Source of the DNA: Pseudomonadota bacterium
GTDB lineage: Bacteria; Bdellovibrionota; Bdellovibrionia; Bdellovibrionales; SG-bin7
Assembly: GCA_034439715.1 (NCBI GenBank)
Contig: JAWXAY010000070.1
Location: forward strand, 15,581-79,580
DNA length: 64,000 nucleotides
Direction: 5' to 3'
Part shown: positions 20,294 through 30,709 of the stretch, one piece after another
How the letters are laid out: each line of letters begins with the position of its first letter
How positions within the stretch are numbered: the first letter of the stretch is position 1
Program-made: the position numbers and the translations under genes
The notes under the pieces: generated by a model
Told to the model about the DNA's origin: nothing
Seen by the model: only the letters and a program-made list of their open reading frames with translations
Database searches by the model: none

Positions 20294-21187
20294 TTAGGCG
20301 CGTTCACCAAATTTTAGTTTGTCTCTCAAAATATTAAAATAATTGTGCGAAGGTTCACGTACAATTAAATGGTCTCTGTCATTTCGTTTTATAATAACTT
20401 CATCGTTGGGATGAAGTTGTTCTTTATTTTCTCCATCGATGGTTAAAAAAGCCGGATGTACTTGCGATAAAAGTTTTATAGAAATTGTTTGGTTGTCAGG
20501 CACCACAATCGGTCGCGTAGTTAGAGAATGCGAGTTTAGGGGTGTGCAAACAAAGACTCGTGAATCGGGATGAATGATAGGTCCCCCTGCTGCCAGGTTA
20601 TAAGCGGTAGAACCTGTGGGAGAAGCAATAGTTATTCCATCTGCCTTTAACTCACAGACGAGCTGCTTTTCAAAATACAGTCCTAAATTGATGAGATGTC
20701 CGCCAGCCGAACGTTCAATTACTGCATCATTGATTGCATGTTGGCGACTTTTTATTTTGCCACGCCTGACAAAGGTAACTTCGAGAATAGAGCGGGATAT
20801 GAAATCCATTTTTTTTTCGAGAGTATCTAGAATGGCCTTGTAAGAGTCAGCCACGCGCGTGACTGTTAAAAAGCCAAGTGAGCCCATATTTATTCCCAGT
20901 ATAGGAATCGGTCGACCGTCCAGAATTTGTGCTGCACGGAGATAAGTACCGTCACCCCCGATAACAATTGCAAGATCCAATTTATCTAAAGTCTTATTGA
21001 TCGAGGCACTGTTTGCTAGGGGTTCTACAAATGCACCCAATTTTTTTCCGAAGGGACTTGCTACTGAAATTTTAAGATCAGCGAGCCAATGGGCAATATC
21101 ACGAGAATGTTTTAGTGCTTCACTGTTGCCCGGCCGGGGGAAGATGGCAACATGAGTGCCTTTATATTTTCCCGAAACTTTTTTCAC
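20294..21187 (-). CDS. nadK: NAD kinase
   Basis: GGDGT, GINMGSLGFL, ADG...SPTGSTAYNLAAGGP; usual nadK-recN order. Confidence 0.96.
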   Translation of the reverse strand: MKKVSGKYKGTHVAIFPRPGNSEALKHSRDIAHWLADLKISVASPFGKKLGAFVEPLANSASINKTLDKLDLAIVIGGDGTYLRAAQILDGRPIPILGINMGSLGFLTVTRVADSYKAILDTLEKKMDFISRSILEVTFVRRGKIKSRQHAINDAVIERSAGGHLINLGLYFEKQLVCELKADGITIASPTGSTAYNLAAGGPIIHPDSRVFVCTPLNSHSLTTRPIVVPDNQTISIKLLSQVHPAFLTIDGENKEQLHPNDEVIIKRNDRDHLIVREPSHNYFNILRDKLKFGERA

Positions 21188-23229
21188 GATTTTAGTCCGT
21201 CTCTTCTAAATAAAGCATCGGGATCTGGTTCGCGTCCCCTGAAGTTTTTGTAAAGAGTCATCGGATGCGTGCTGCCCCCACGGGCCAAAATTTCTTCTTT
21301 AAATTTATTGGCGACCTCTTTATTAAAAATTCCACTTTCTTTAAAGTACTCAAAGGCATCAGCGTCTAAAACTTCAGCCCATTTATAACTGTAATATCCC
21401 GCCGAATATCCGCCAGAAAAAATATGCGAAAAACCTGTCGATATCGAAGTGCCTGAAACTCGCGGCATGATGGCCGTGTCCCGAGTGACTTGGGCTTCAA
21501 ACGCTTCAACGTCGATAGGAAGCGGAATGTTTCCCTCGTGCCAGGCGAGATCTAAGAGGCCAAAGTTCACTTGCCTTAAAGAAAACCAGCCGGCATGAAA
21601 ACGCGAAGTTTCTCTGATTTTCTGAATCATTTCATCTGAAATTTTTTCGCCCGTTTGGTAATGTTTGGCAAACAGATCTAGCGTTTCTTTTTCAAGTACC
21701 CAATTCTCCATAATTTGCGAAGGCAGTTCGACGAAATCCCAATAGACTTTTGGACCCGCTAACGAGCGGTAACGACACTGTGAAAGTAAAGAATGGAGCG
21801 CGTGACCAAACTCATGGAATAATGTTCTGGCCTCTTCGATGGTCAGAAGGGCTGGTTTTTGTGCTGTGGGTTTAGTGAAGTTACAAACAATCGAAACAAT
21901 CGGACGAACGAGTTTTCCTTTAAGCAATCCCTGATCACGGTAATTGGTCATCCAGGCGCCATTCCTTTTTGTTTCTCGCGGAAAAAAGTCAGCTAAAAAC
22001 ACACCGACGTGCTTTAAGGTTTTTTTATCTGTTACCTCGTAGGTTTTAACGTCTTTATGATATTTAGGAATGTCGCTGCGTTCTTTAAACTCGAGATCAA
22101 AAAGAAGTTCGGCAACTTTAAAAGCACCAAGAATTGTATCTTCGAGTTTAAAGTAGGGTCGCACTTCTTCGGCATCGAAATCCAATTTTTCTTTTTTTAA
22201 TTTTTCCGCAAAATAAAGATAATCCCAAGGCTTAACTTCAGGGTTGCCGGTTAATCGTTTTTTAAAGGCCTTCAACTCCTCCAGTTCCCTTAGGGAGGCA
22301 TCTTTAACCGTTGTGAGAACTTGGAGTAAGAACTCACGTACTTTTTGAGGATTGCTGGCCATGCGTTCTTCTAAGACAAACTGAGCGTGATTTTTATAAC
22401 CTAAAATTAATGCTCTTTCGTGTTTAAGTGACACTGTTTTTTCAATGAGTGGCCGATTGTCAAATTCACCTGATAATGAGCGGCTACTATAGGCGCGCCA
22501 TAATTTTTCACGAAGCGGTTCGCTATGGCAATAGGTGACGAGTGGCAGGTAGCTCGGGACCTGAAGATTAAATAACCAGCCCGCTAGTTTTTTCTGCTGG
22601 GCCAATTCCTTAGCCGCCTCGAGGCCTGACTCGGGGATACCTGCGATATCTTTTTCGTCGGTGAGGTGCATCTCAATACTATTGGTATGTTTTAAAACAT
22701 TTTCAGAAAAAAGTGGGCTCAATATGGCGAGGCTTTCGTCAATTTTTCGTAAGCGATCTTTTTGGCTTGTTGCTAAGAGCGCACCGTTTCTGACAAAACC
22801 CTTATAAGTCTTTCGTAAGAGTTCTTCTTGTTCCAAGGATAAAGTAAGCGTGGCCTTTCGATCCCAAACTGACTTAACGCGCTCAAAGAGCTTGGCATCA
22901 AGAGTGATGTCACTTGAAAAACCACTCAGCTTTTGTGAAATCGAGCTTGAGAGCTTTTGTATTTCTTCGGTGCCTTCGGCATGTAAAAGATTAAAATAGG
23001 TTTCAGAAACAAGGTCGACGTCCTCTGAAGAAAACTCCAGGGCCTCCAGGGTATTTTCGAAAGTGGGCGAAGCTTTTTGATATTTGATAATCTCGATGTT
23101 TTGCTTAGCCGTCAAAATTGCGGCGTCTAGCGCTGGCAAAAAATGCTCTGCTTTCAGAGCAGAAAATTCGACGACAGAAAAACTATTATTAGGAGGCGAC
23201 AACAGAGGATTTGTTAAATTGTTAGGCAT
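21184..23229 (-). CDS. dcp: M3 family metallopeptidase (peptidyl-dipeptidase Dcp / oligopeptidase A type)
   Basis: TLFHEFGHALH, DFVELPSQIMENW, FSHIFSGGYSAGYYSYKWAEVLDAD. Confidence 0.88.
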   Translation of the reverse strand: MPNNLTNPLLSPPNNSFSVVEFSALKAEHFLPALDAAILTAKQNIEIIKYQKASPTFENTLEALEFSSEDVDLVSETYFNLLHAEGTEEIQKLSSSISQKLSGFSSDITLDAKLFERVKSVWDRKATLTLSLEQEELLRKTYKGFVRNGALLATSQKDRLRKIDESLAILSPLFSENVLKHTNSIEMHLTDEKDIAGIPESGLEAAKELAQQKKLAGWLFNLQVPSYLPLVTYCHSEPLREKLWRAYSSRSLSGEFDNRPLIEKTVSLKHERALILGYKNHAQFVLEERMASNPQKVREFLLQVLTTVKDASLRELEELKAFKKRLTGNPEVKPWDYLYFAEKLKKEKLDFDAEEVRPYFKLEDTILGAFKVAELLFDLEFKERSDIPKYHKDVKTYEVTDKKTLKHVGVFLADFFPRETKRNGAWMTNYRDQGLLKGKLVRPIVSIVCNFTKPTAQKPALLTIEEARTLFHEFGHALHSLLSQCRYRSLAGPKVYWDFVELPSQIMENWVLEKETLDLFAKHYQTGEKISDEMIQKIRETSRFHAGWFSLRQVNFGLLDLAWHEGNIPLPIDVEAFEAQVTRDTAIMPRVSGTSISTGFSHIFSGGYSAGYYSYKWAEVLDADAFEYFKESGIFNKEVANKFKEEILARGGSTHPMTLYKNFRGREPDPDALFRRDGLKS

Positions 23230-23278
23230 GTCGGCTTAGGCTAGCACAAGCATGCCCTAAAGGTCTACTCTCGTGAGG

Positions 23279-23809
23279 TTAAATACAAACACCAAATCCG
23301 GTGTTATTTATAAATGAACAGTTACAGCCAGAGAAGTTACCACTGCATCCCATAAATGCGCTGCTTGGTCCCCAACTATTATAGTTTCCATAGTAGCCAG
23401 CATAATTCCAGTAACTATTATAATAGGAGTAAACATAGGCGTTTGTGGCATAAGAGTTTACCCAAGTAGCTGCAACACAGCCAGATCCATTCGAATTATA
23501 AACTGCATAGTAACCGGCGTAACATTGAATTCCATATCTTGTAACAGGAGCACCATAAAAATTATTACCATAACCGCCAAATCCACCGTTGTTATAGCCG
23601 CAGTTTGTGCCATATGAATTTGTGCCATAGCCATTGGCAGGATTGTATGAAGTCTGCTGCCCGGTTTGAGGATTGTAATAAGAATTTTGGCAATTCCCAT
23701 TAATGTTATTGGGATGGACCGCAACTTGGCCACCGCTTCCGTTTTTATTTTTGCTGGGACAGCCTATTGATGTCATAGCAATAATTGTGATTAATATTAG
23801 CTTTCTCAT
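23279..23809 (-). CDS. Tyr/Gly/Asn-rich, Cys-containing lipoprotein of unknown function
   Basis: GGAGG RBS, signal peptide ending TSIG-C, low-complexity mature region. Confidence 0.7.
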   Translation of the reverse strand: MRKLILITIIAMTSIGCPSKNKNGSGGQVAVHPNNINGNCQNSYYNPQTGQQTSYNPANGYGTNSYGTNCGYNNGGFGGYGNNFYGAPVTRYGIQCYAGYYAVYNSNGSGCVAATWVNSYATNAYVYSYYNSYWNYAGYYGNYNSWGPSSAFMGCSGNFSGCNCSFINNTGFGVCI

Positions 23810-23989
23810 ATGTTTGGTCCTCCACCCGTTTGAGGTTCAAGTTCGGTACGATGCATCAATAATAATTCGAATGCCACTTTTTTTTCGTTTTTTGAAAAAT
23901 ATCCATGGAACAATTGTTGAAACTCCGACTAAAATATTAAAGTGGCGAAAAATGAGTCGACCTTAACTATTTGATTTAACGGAGGTTTT

Positions 23990-24586
23990 ATGAGGTTAAT
24001 TCTGGCGGTTTTAGGGTTGGTTATTTGGCTACCATTTGCTAGTAGTGCTGCCGTCAAAGCTCTTAAATTTGAACCTAATAAACTAGATAGGTTTTTTGAT
24101 CAGGGAATTGCCGTTGGAGTAGAAGCGGGAAGAGCTTTTTCTATAACAGGAATTAATAAAAAATCAGAAAATCAAAACGGTTTAAGCGAAAGTATTTCCA
24201 TTAATGTGGGCGATGGGCTCGGAAGAAAACTCACAGGCTCTGTAGGCTTTTTTCAAGTGGCTGTTGAAAAAGATCCGGCAAGGCTTGTAATAGATTTGAC
24301 ACAAATGCAGCGGACTAAAGTTGATGAACGGCAGCTTGCTGCGGTTTTTCGCGACTCAGGCTTTATTAAAAGCACCGAGATGACAATGGATCCCGAAGAC
24401 TTCAGCACCAATTTAACATTTTTTTTAAAGAAGCCCGTCCGAGTAAAAGTTTCGAGCCCGGAAAAACAAGGACAGATATTAATCAAAATTGAAGAAGAGT
24501 CCGCTAAAAGAATTAAAAAAATTAAAAAAAATAAAAAAGAAAATAAAGAAAATAAAGAAAACAACAACCAGAAAAGTAAAAAGTGA
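23990..24586 (+). CDS. Secreted protein, possible AMIN-like domain
   Basis: GGAGG RBS, signal peptide, DPARLVIDL motif, K/N/E-rich tail. Confidence 0.6.
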   Translation: MRLILAVLGLVIWLPFASSAAVKALKFEPNKLDRFFDQGIAVGVEAGRAFSITGINKKSENQNGLSESISINVGDGLGRKLTGSVGFFQVAVEKDPARLVIDLTQMQRTKVDERQLAAVFRDSGFIKSTEMTMDPEDFSTNLTFFLKKPVRVKVSSPEKQGQILIKIEEESAKRIKKIKKNKKENKENKENNNQKSKK

Positions 24587-25353
24587 AAGTTTTGTTTTAC
24601 TCGAGTTTATTCACGCTTGTTTTGGCTTTCACAACTTCAACCACTGAAGCAAAGGTGTTTAACTTAACTAATGTGAATGCGTCATCATATCTAAAAGCAA
24701 TTGGTGGAACGTCTAACATTCACAACGATGCCTTTATCCATGGAGGGGGGGGCTACGACCAAGTGACAGTTAAAGACGGAGCCATATATTCTTTTGGTGG
24801 TGAATTTGGTTTTTCTTTTGAGGCGGGGAGCACGACTACTCGCTTAGGCATTGAGTTAGCCAGGCCGCAGAAACTAAGTGATTATGAAGTTAAGGATGCC
24901 AATGGCGCAATTCTTTACACGCTTGAAAGTGAGATCGTTGCATTTAGTCCATCAGTAACTTTTGAATGGGCTCTAGCAAAAGCCGGGACTTCTAAAACCT
25001 ATGTCTTCACAGGTGGCGGGTATTCGTATGTTACTCTCGTCAATAATTATAACATGACGTCAGCGGGTACCACCGCTTTTAGTAAAGCTAGTTTTATCGA
25101 AGACGCCAAAACTCAAGCTATCTTTGGTACCCTTGGACTCGGTTATGAAATGTTACTCGTAGATAACGTTACTATTTCTATGGAGTTCGGGTATCGACAC
25201 CTAGAGGCGCGAAGGTTTCTGATGCGAGGTACATCAGATGCTATTTCAAAAAATTATCAAGCCGATGATGTTTTAAAAAATACGGATGGGTCCGACCGAC
25301 GGCTAATTTTGAGCCACCCTTTTGTCGGGGTACTCTTTAAGTTTTACTTATGA
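24583..25353 (+). CDS. Outer-membrane beta-barrel protein (small barrel)
   Basis: Signal peptide, alternating amphipathic strands (GLGYEMLL, MEFGYR), aromatic C-terminal strand VLFKFYL. Confidence 0.7.
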   Translation: MKVLFYSSLFTLVLAFTTSTTEAKVFNLTNVNASSYLKAIGGTSNIHNDAFIHGGGGYDQVTVKDGAIYSFGGEFGFSFEAGSTTTRLGIELARPQKLSDYEVKDANGAILYTLESEIVAFSPSVTFEWALAKAGTSKTYVFTGGGYSYVTLVNNYNMTSAGTTAFSKASFIEDAKTQAIFGTLGLGYEMLLVDNVTISMEFGYRHLEARRFLMRGTSDAISKNYQADDVLKNTDGSDRRLILSHPFVGVLFKFYL

Positions 25354-26204
25354 TTCCGTCGGCAACAGAACTTCGTTATTTTATTGAGGTAGCACAAACC
25401 GAGAATCTCTCGCGAGCAGCAGAGCGCTTGGGGGTCAGCCAGCCGACATTAACATTAGCCATAAAAAGACTCGAGGACTCCTTGGGACACATTGTGCTTT
25501 TGCGTAGTAAAACCGGAGTTAAACTTACTAAGCCTGGAGTAAAGCTTTTGGCGCAAGCACGATTTCTTTTGGATGAGTGGGAAAAAATTCGAAATTCTGC
25601 CCTTGAAGACGAGTTAGAACTCCGAGGATTATTCAGTATTGGTGTGCATCAGTCAGTGGCCAATTATACTCTGTTTAAGTTTCTCCCTGCGCTTGTAAGC
25701 GAATTTCCTTACCTTGAATTCAAACTTGTGCACAAATTGTCTCGCCTTGTAACCGAAGAGGTTATAAGTGGAAAGGTAGATTTTGGATTGGTCGTAAACC
25801 CCGTGGCGCACCCTGATTTAGTGATTAAAAATCTGTTAACTGATGAGGTGACATTTTGGATGTCCGAAAAAATTAAAAAAAACTGGGAGAATCTGCCGCT
25901 CATTTGTGATCCAGAGCTTCTACAGACGCAGGCTCTCCTTAAACAAATTCAAAAAAAAGGTATATCCTTTTCAAGGCGAATTGAGTCATCTAGCTTGGAA
26001 GTGATAAATAAGCTAGTTGCGTTTGGTGCGGGTGTCGGTATTATTCCTGGGCGAGTGGCTGCCTGTGAAGAAAGTGAAAAACTTGTTAAAGTATCTCCAC
26101 AGTGGCCGGTGTTCCAAGATCGAATATGTCTCATTTTTCGGGCCGATTCCCAAAGGTCAACGGCAAGTAAAAAAATAGTTCAAAGTATTTTATCGATGAA
26201 TTAA
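25350..26204 (+). CDS. LysR family transcriptional regulator
   Basis: LRYF..VA...NLSRAAERLGVSQPTLTLAIKRLE HTH plus substrate-binding domain. Confidence 0.95.
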   Translation: MIPSATELRYFIEVAQTENLSRAAERLGVSQPTLTLAIKRLEDSLGHIVLLRSKTGVKLTKPGVKLLAQARFLLDEWEKIRNSALEDELELRGLFSIGVHQSVANYTLFKFLPALVSEFPYLEFKLVHKLSRLVTEEVISGKVDFGLVVNPVAHPDLVIKNLLTDEVTFWMSEKIKKNWENLPLICDPELLQTQALLKQIQKKGISFSRRIESSSLEVINKLVAFGAGVGIIPGRVAACEESEKLVKVSPQWPVFQDRICLIFRADSQRSTASKKIVQSILSMN

Positions 26205-26214
26205 ACGCCTATTC

Positions 26215-28011
26215 TTAGGATTCGACGCCGTAAAGGCCATCTAATATACTCTTATATTTTTTATCACAGAGTTTCCGCTTAACTTTTAGCGAGGGCGTTA
26301 GCTCACCTGACTCGATAGTAAAATCATCAGCCAATATTTCAAAATTTTTGATTGTTTCATAATTGGCGAGTTGAGAATTCACTTCTGCAATGGCATCGCG
26401 AATTACCTTTTGCACGTTCTGATTTTTCGAAAGCTCTTTAAATGAAGAATAAGAAATACTATTTTGTGAGGCAAACCGCTTCACTTCGTCAGCATTTAGC
26501 GTTACCAGAGTTACAATGTATTTTCTCTGATCACCGTGCACCAAAACATTAGATATATATTTATTTAGTTTTAAAAGATTTTCGAGTTTTTGAGGGGCTA
26601 TATATTTTCCGCCCGCAGTTTTAATAAGATCCTTTTTTCGGTCAGTAATACGTAAAAATCCGCGCTCCGTTAAGTCACCAATGTCACCCGTTGCAAACCA
26701 CCCGTCCAGCATTACTTCGTTTGTGGCAGTGGAGTTTTTGTAATACTCTTTCATTACCTTTTCACTTTTAATTAAAATTTCTCCGTCATTCGCAAATTTA
26801 ATTTTGACGTCTGCAAGTGGTTTACCTACGGTGCCGAAATCAAAATCGTGGGGTCGATTTAAGGTAATTGCGGCCGTAGTTTCAGTGAGGCCGTAGCCTT
26901 CAAGAACCAGGATTCCTGCTGCATGAAAAAATTCAGCAATTTGGGCGCTCAGAGGCGCGCCACCCGAGATAGCAAACCTAATCCGTCCGCCAAGGCCATT
27001 TTGTAGTTTACTAAAAACAAGTTTTTGAGCCACCATATATTGAGCGAAAAGCGAGATGGGAATGGTCTGATTTTTTCTTTTGAGTCGAGAGACTTCAGTG
27101 CCAATTCTTAGTGCCCATCTAAAGATAGTTTTTTTAGTGGCACTGATTTCAGATTGTGAAATTACCCCATTATAAATTTTTTCAAAAATTCGTGGTACGG
27201 CTACTAAAACTGTCGGTCTGATTTCCTTTAGATTGTCGCGAATTTTATCGATGTTTTCAGCAAATGCCATTGCGTACCCAACGTATATAGATCCCCAGTA
27301 TTCCACGCGCCCTAATACGTGTGAGTAGGGCAGAAAGGTCAATGTCAAATCGTCGGAAGTCATACCCAGCTCGCGAAAAACATCTTGAACCTCACTCGCA
27401 ATTTGTAAGTGAGTCAATAAAACACCCTTTGGCACTCCGGTAGTGCCTGAAGTATACGGAATAGTTGCGTCTTCAGCAAGAGTACGACATTGGCAAGCCT
27501 GGACATAAAAATCGGGAGTAGTGTTTAGTCTTTCTTTTCCGAGCTTCATGATTGCAGGCCAAGTTTGGTACTCACCTTGAGCTTTCGTGTTTTTGATGAG
27601 ATCACTAATTAATAAAACATTGGCCACAATGGGGCACTTAGCTTTAATTGAATTCCACTTTTCGTACTGCGCGGCATCCTCGAGAATAACAAGCTTAGTC
27701 TCAGAGTCATTGAGAATGTATTCAATTTCTTCTGCTGTGTTACTGGGGTAAATTGGGATTGTAATTGCGCCGAGGCCTAAAATAGCCAAATCGGCCACTG
27801 CCCACTCAGGTCGCGTATTGCTGATGATCGCCACTTTATCAGATTTATTTATTCCCAACGAATTTAGGGCGGCCGCGAGTTTTTCAGTTTCATGAAAAAA
27901 TTCGCCCCAAGTCCAAGAGGACCACTGTGTGCCGACTTTAAATGTCAGTGCAACATTAGCCGAAAGTTTTTGTTTTTTATCTAAAAAATAGTGAAGTATA
28001 GTTGGTGACAC
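26215..28011 (-). CDS. fadD: Long-chain fatty-acid--CoA ligase (AMP-dependent)
   Basis: YTSGTTGVPKG, EGYGLTET, GWFATGDIG, ITDRKKDLIKTAGGK. Confidence 0.9.
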   Translation of the reverse strand: MSPTILHYFLDKKQKLSANVALTFKVGTQWSSWTWGEFFHETEKLAAALNSLGINKSDKVAIISNTRPEWAVADLAILGLGAITIPIYPSNTAEEIEYILNDSETKLVILEDAAQYEKWNSIKAKCPIVANVLLISDLIKNTKAQGEYQTWPAIMKLGKERLNTTPDFYVQACQCRTLAEDATIPYTSGTTGVPKGVLLTHLQIASEVQDVFRELGMTSDDLTLTFLPYSHVLGRVEYWGSIYVGYAMAFAENIDKIRDNLKEIRPTVLVAVPRIFEKIYNGVISQSEISATKKTIFRWALRIGTEVSRLKRKNQTIPISLFAQYMVAQKLVFSKLQNGLGGRIRFAISGGAPLSAQIAEFFHAAGILVLEGYGLTETTAAITLNRPHDFDFGTVGKPLADVKIKFANDGEILIKSEKVMKEYYKNSTATNEVMLDGWFATGDIGDLTERGFLRITDRKKDLIKTAGGKYIAPQKLENLLKLNKYISNVLVHGDQRKYIVTLVTLNADEVKRFASQNSISYSSFKELSKNQNVQKVIRDAIAEVNSQLANYETIKNFEILADDFTIESGELTPSLKVKRKLCDKKYKSILDGLYGVES

Positions 28012-28053
28012 GTGGTTTCTCCGATTTCGCCATAGTGGCTACAAATTCAAATA

Positions 28054-30036
28054 TTATTTTATATTAGGTTGGGCCTTGTTGAGAAACAAATCAATTCTTT
28101 TTACTTTATTTTCTTCTACGAAAACTACTTGCGAGGCCTGGGTCTGCGTAATGGGATCTTCGGCGCGTACTATAATTTCTTTATTAGCTGGAATTGCATA
28201 ACTCTTGATGGGTAGTTTTTCTGGTATTCTTTGGCCATTTATGTAGACAATTGCTGTATTTGGAAACACATTGATATTCAAAAAGGCTTCACTGGTCTTT
28301 TGTAGTGAAGCATCAAGGCGGTCGACAGATTTATCTGCAAAGTATTCAGTGCGATAAATAAAGTATCCGGGAAGCTTCAGTGAAATTTCATGAGCCTTCA
28401 TGGAGTCCAATCTAATGCTAGAGGGCGTCGAGAATCCCGTTTCCTTTCCGTCAATAAAAATCTGTGCCTGCGGGGGGGTGCTGTAAACAGACACGGTAAA
28501 CTTAACTTGTGCTTCATTGGTTGGAATATTGGTGGAGTCATTGACGGGAGGACGGCTGGGCTCGTCATTTTGTGTAAGAAAAATAGAGCCTACAAATTTT
28601 TGAATTTGATTGATATCGGTATTTACGAGAGCCAAGAGAGCAGCAGCTACACCTATAACAGATAAAAACAATTGGGGCATTGACGAGGCATAGACTGTAT
28701 GTTTATTCGAATTTCTAATGGGGATAGATTTATGCGAGCCCGACATATCAAGTTTTAAGTTTTTAAAATCAGTTTGTTTTTCATTGGACTTTTTTTCATC
28801 AGGCTTTCTATTTCGTTTAGACTTTTTAGTATTTTGATAAACTGATGTGACTAACATGTTTTTAAATGCTTCTTCGAGGCTGTCACCACTATTTTCGCCC
28901 GTCGAGGTAGGAGTTGTCGTGCTTGAGGCGCCCTGTTTTTCCGATCGACTATCAGAGCCGTCAGTTTGTGTTGGCGTGGGAGTGAGAGTGATTTCCGCCT
29001 TTTTGTCGTACATCACGGTAGGTTCATGCCCAGCGTCTTTTCTAAACTGGCTGACACCTCCCATTGTCAAGTGGGCAAAATCGACAATCTTCTTTTTAAC
29101 TTCCAAAATTTCATCAGCAAATAGAGTCTTGGTAAAATCACTAAAATCATGAGGAGAAAAACTGGGGTAATGTTTATTTAAGAATGTACTGACATCTCGG
29201 TGAAGTGCCGCCGCTGTTTGGTATCTCATATTTCGATCGCGAGTGAGTATTTTATTACAAATTTTTTCGATCTCTTCGGGAATTTTAGGATTGATTTTAC
29301 GTAAAGAAGGGATTTGGCAGTCTCTGATTTTTCTTAACGTATTCATTTCGTTATTAGCAATAAACAGGCGGTCGTTGGCCAGTAGCTCCCACATCACAAT
29401 ACCTAGCGAAAAGACATCGGTTCTCAGGTCTACAGCAATTCCTTCCGCTTGTTCGGGACTCATGTAGCCGAATTTCCCTTTCAGCGTACCTACTTTTGTA
29501 GACTCGATTTGGCTTTCGGCTTTGGCGATTCCAAAGTCGACTATTTTGACCTCGCCTTCAAAACTTAACATGATGTTTTGCGGGCTCATATCACGGTGAG
29601 TAATATTTAGTGGACGTCCTGTGGTGCCATCTAAACATCGGTGAGCAGAGTCTAGGCCGGCAGCAACCTCTCGAATTATGTAAAGAATTTGATCTATATG
29701 AAGCGCCTCGCGCTTGTGTTTGATGCGGTTTATAATTTGTCGTAGATTTTTTCCTTCGACATAGTCCATGACTAAAAAGAATTGTCCTTTCTCGACGCCA
29801 AACTCATAAATGGATACAATGTTACTGTGGGCAAGATTGATGGCAATTTTTGCTTCGGCTTTGAACATTTCAATGAACTCTGGATTTTCAGAGTACTGAG
29901 GTAAAATGCGCTTAATTGCGAGGTACTTATTTATTCCGCTCGCACCTGGGGCCTTAGCTAAATATATTTCAGCCATTCCACCTGTGGCAATTTTCTCTAG
30001 CAAAATGTATTTACCAAACTTTTCTATTTTTGACAC
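28054..30036 (-). CDS. Hanks-type Ser/Thr protein kinase with TM helix and PEGA domains
   Basis: GGMAEIY, AIKRIL, HRDMSPQN, DFG, YMSPEQ; TM; STPPQAQIFIDGK PEGA motif. Confidence 0.93.
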   Translation of the reverse strand: MSKIEKFGKYILLEKIATGGMAEIYLAKAPGASGINKYLAIKRILPQYSENPEFIEMFKAEAKIAINLAHSNIVSIYEFGVEKGQFFLVMDYVEGKNLRQIINRIKHKREALHIDQILYIIREVAAGLDSAHRCLDGTTGRPLNITHRDMSPQNIMLSFEGEVKIVDFGIAKAESQIESTKVGTLKGKFGYMSPEQAEGIAVDLRTDVFSLGIVMWELLANDRLFIANNEMNTLRKIRDCQIPSLRKINPKIPEEIEKICNKILTRDRNMRYQTAAALHRDVSTFLNKHYPSFSPHDFSDFTKTLFADEILEVKKKIVDFAHLTMGGVSQFRKDAGHEPTVMYDKKAEITLTPTPTQTDGSDSRSEKQGASSTTTPTSTGENSGDSLEEAFKNMLVTSVYQNTKKSKRNRKPDEKKSNEKQTDFKNLKLDMSGSHKSIPIRNSNKHTVYASSMPQLFLSVIGVAAALLALVNTDINQIQKFVGSIFLTQNDEPSRPPVNDSTNIPTNEAQVKFTVSVYSTPPQAQIFIDGKETGFSTPSSIRLDSMKAHEISLKLPGYFIYRTEYFADKSVDRLDASLQKTSEAFLNINVFPNTAIVYINGQRIPEKLPIKSYAIPANKEIIVRAEDPITQTQASQVVFVEENKVKRIDLFLNKAQPNIK

Positions 30037-30057
30037 AACACTTCCTATTACTCTTAG

Positions 30058-30084
30058 TTATCGGAAATATTCAGGAAGTTTTAA
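30058..30084 (-). promoter_or_regulatory. sigma-28-like promoter of the Ser/Thr kinase gene
   Basis: Minus strand TTAA-N15-TCCGATAA (or TAAA-N14) about 20 nt upstream of the start. Confidence 0.5.
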
Positions 30085-30102
30085 AATATTTGGAGCCTTT
30101 TT

Positions 30103-30705
30103 TTGAAGTGGATTGGACTGACCGGAGGTATTGGTTCCGGCAAAACTACAGTGGCAAAAAATCTTGATCAAATGGGCGTTGCCGTCGTCTATGCCGACCA
30201 GTTAGCCAGAGACGCGACGCAGGTCGGAAGTCTAGGTCTAGAAAGTATCAAAAAAAAGTTTGGCTCTGAGATGGTAAATTCCGATGGCAGCCTAAACCGT
30301 CAGGCATTAGGAAAAATAGTTTTTTCTGACAAAGAAAAGCTAAAGACCGTAGAGCAGATTTTACACCCCCTAATCGCTGAAAAAACAAAAGAGATCCGTT
30401 CGAAGTTAGAGTCACAGGGACGTCAATATGCCATTTACGACGTGCCTCTTCTTTTCGAGAAAAAACTAGAGAAGCAATTTGATCAAATAGTATTGGTGTA
30501 TTGTGAAGAAAAAGTTCAGAGAGAGCGCATCTTTAAACGTGACTTGTTATCAGCTGACGAAATTGAATTGAGGATTCGATCGCAGATGCCACTTAGAGAA
30601 AAAATCACAAAGAGTGATTTTGTGATTTATAATGGTGGGACTATCGAAGATCTTTTAGTGCAAACAAAAGAACTTTTAGAGTATTTGAATAAAAAATGTC
30701 CTTAA
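30103..30705 (+). CDS. coaE: Dephospho-CoA kinase
   Basis: IGLTGGIGSGKT, LNRQALGKIVF, DVPLLFE, SQMP. Confidence 0.96.
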   Translation: MKWIGLTGGIGSGKTTVAKNLDQMGVAVVYADQLARDATQVGSLGLESIKKKFGSEMVNSDGSLNRQALGKIVFSDKEKLKTVEQILHPLIAEKTKEIRSKLESQGRQYAIYDVPLLFEKKLEKQFDQIVLVYCEEKVQRERIFKRDLLSADEIELRIRSQMPLREKITKSDFVIYNGGTIEDLLVQTKELLEYLNKKCP

Positions 30706-30709
30706 AAAC

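Noticed and set aside
23226..23256. GGCATG...CATGCC inverted repeat over the M3 peptidase start codon
   Set aside because: Only 6 bp, and the distal arm lies in the predicted promoter spacer so it would not be transcribed
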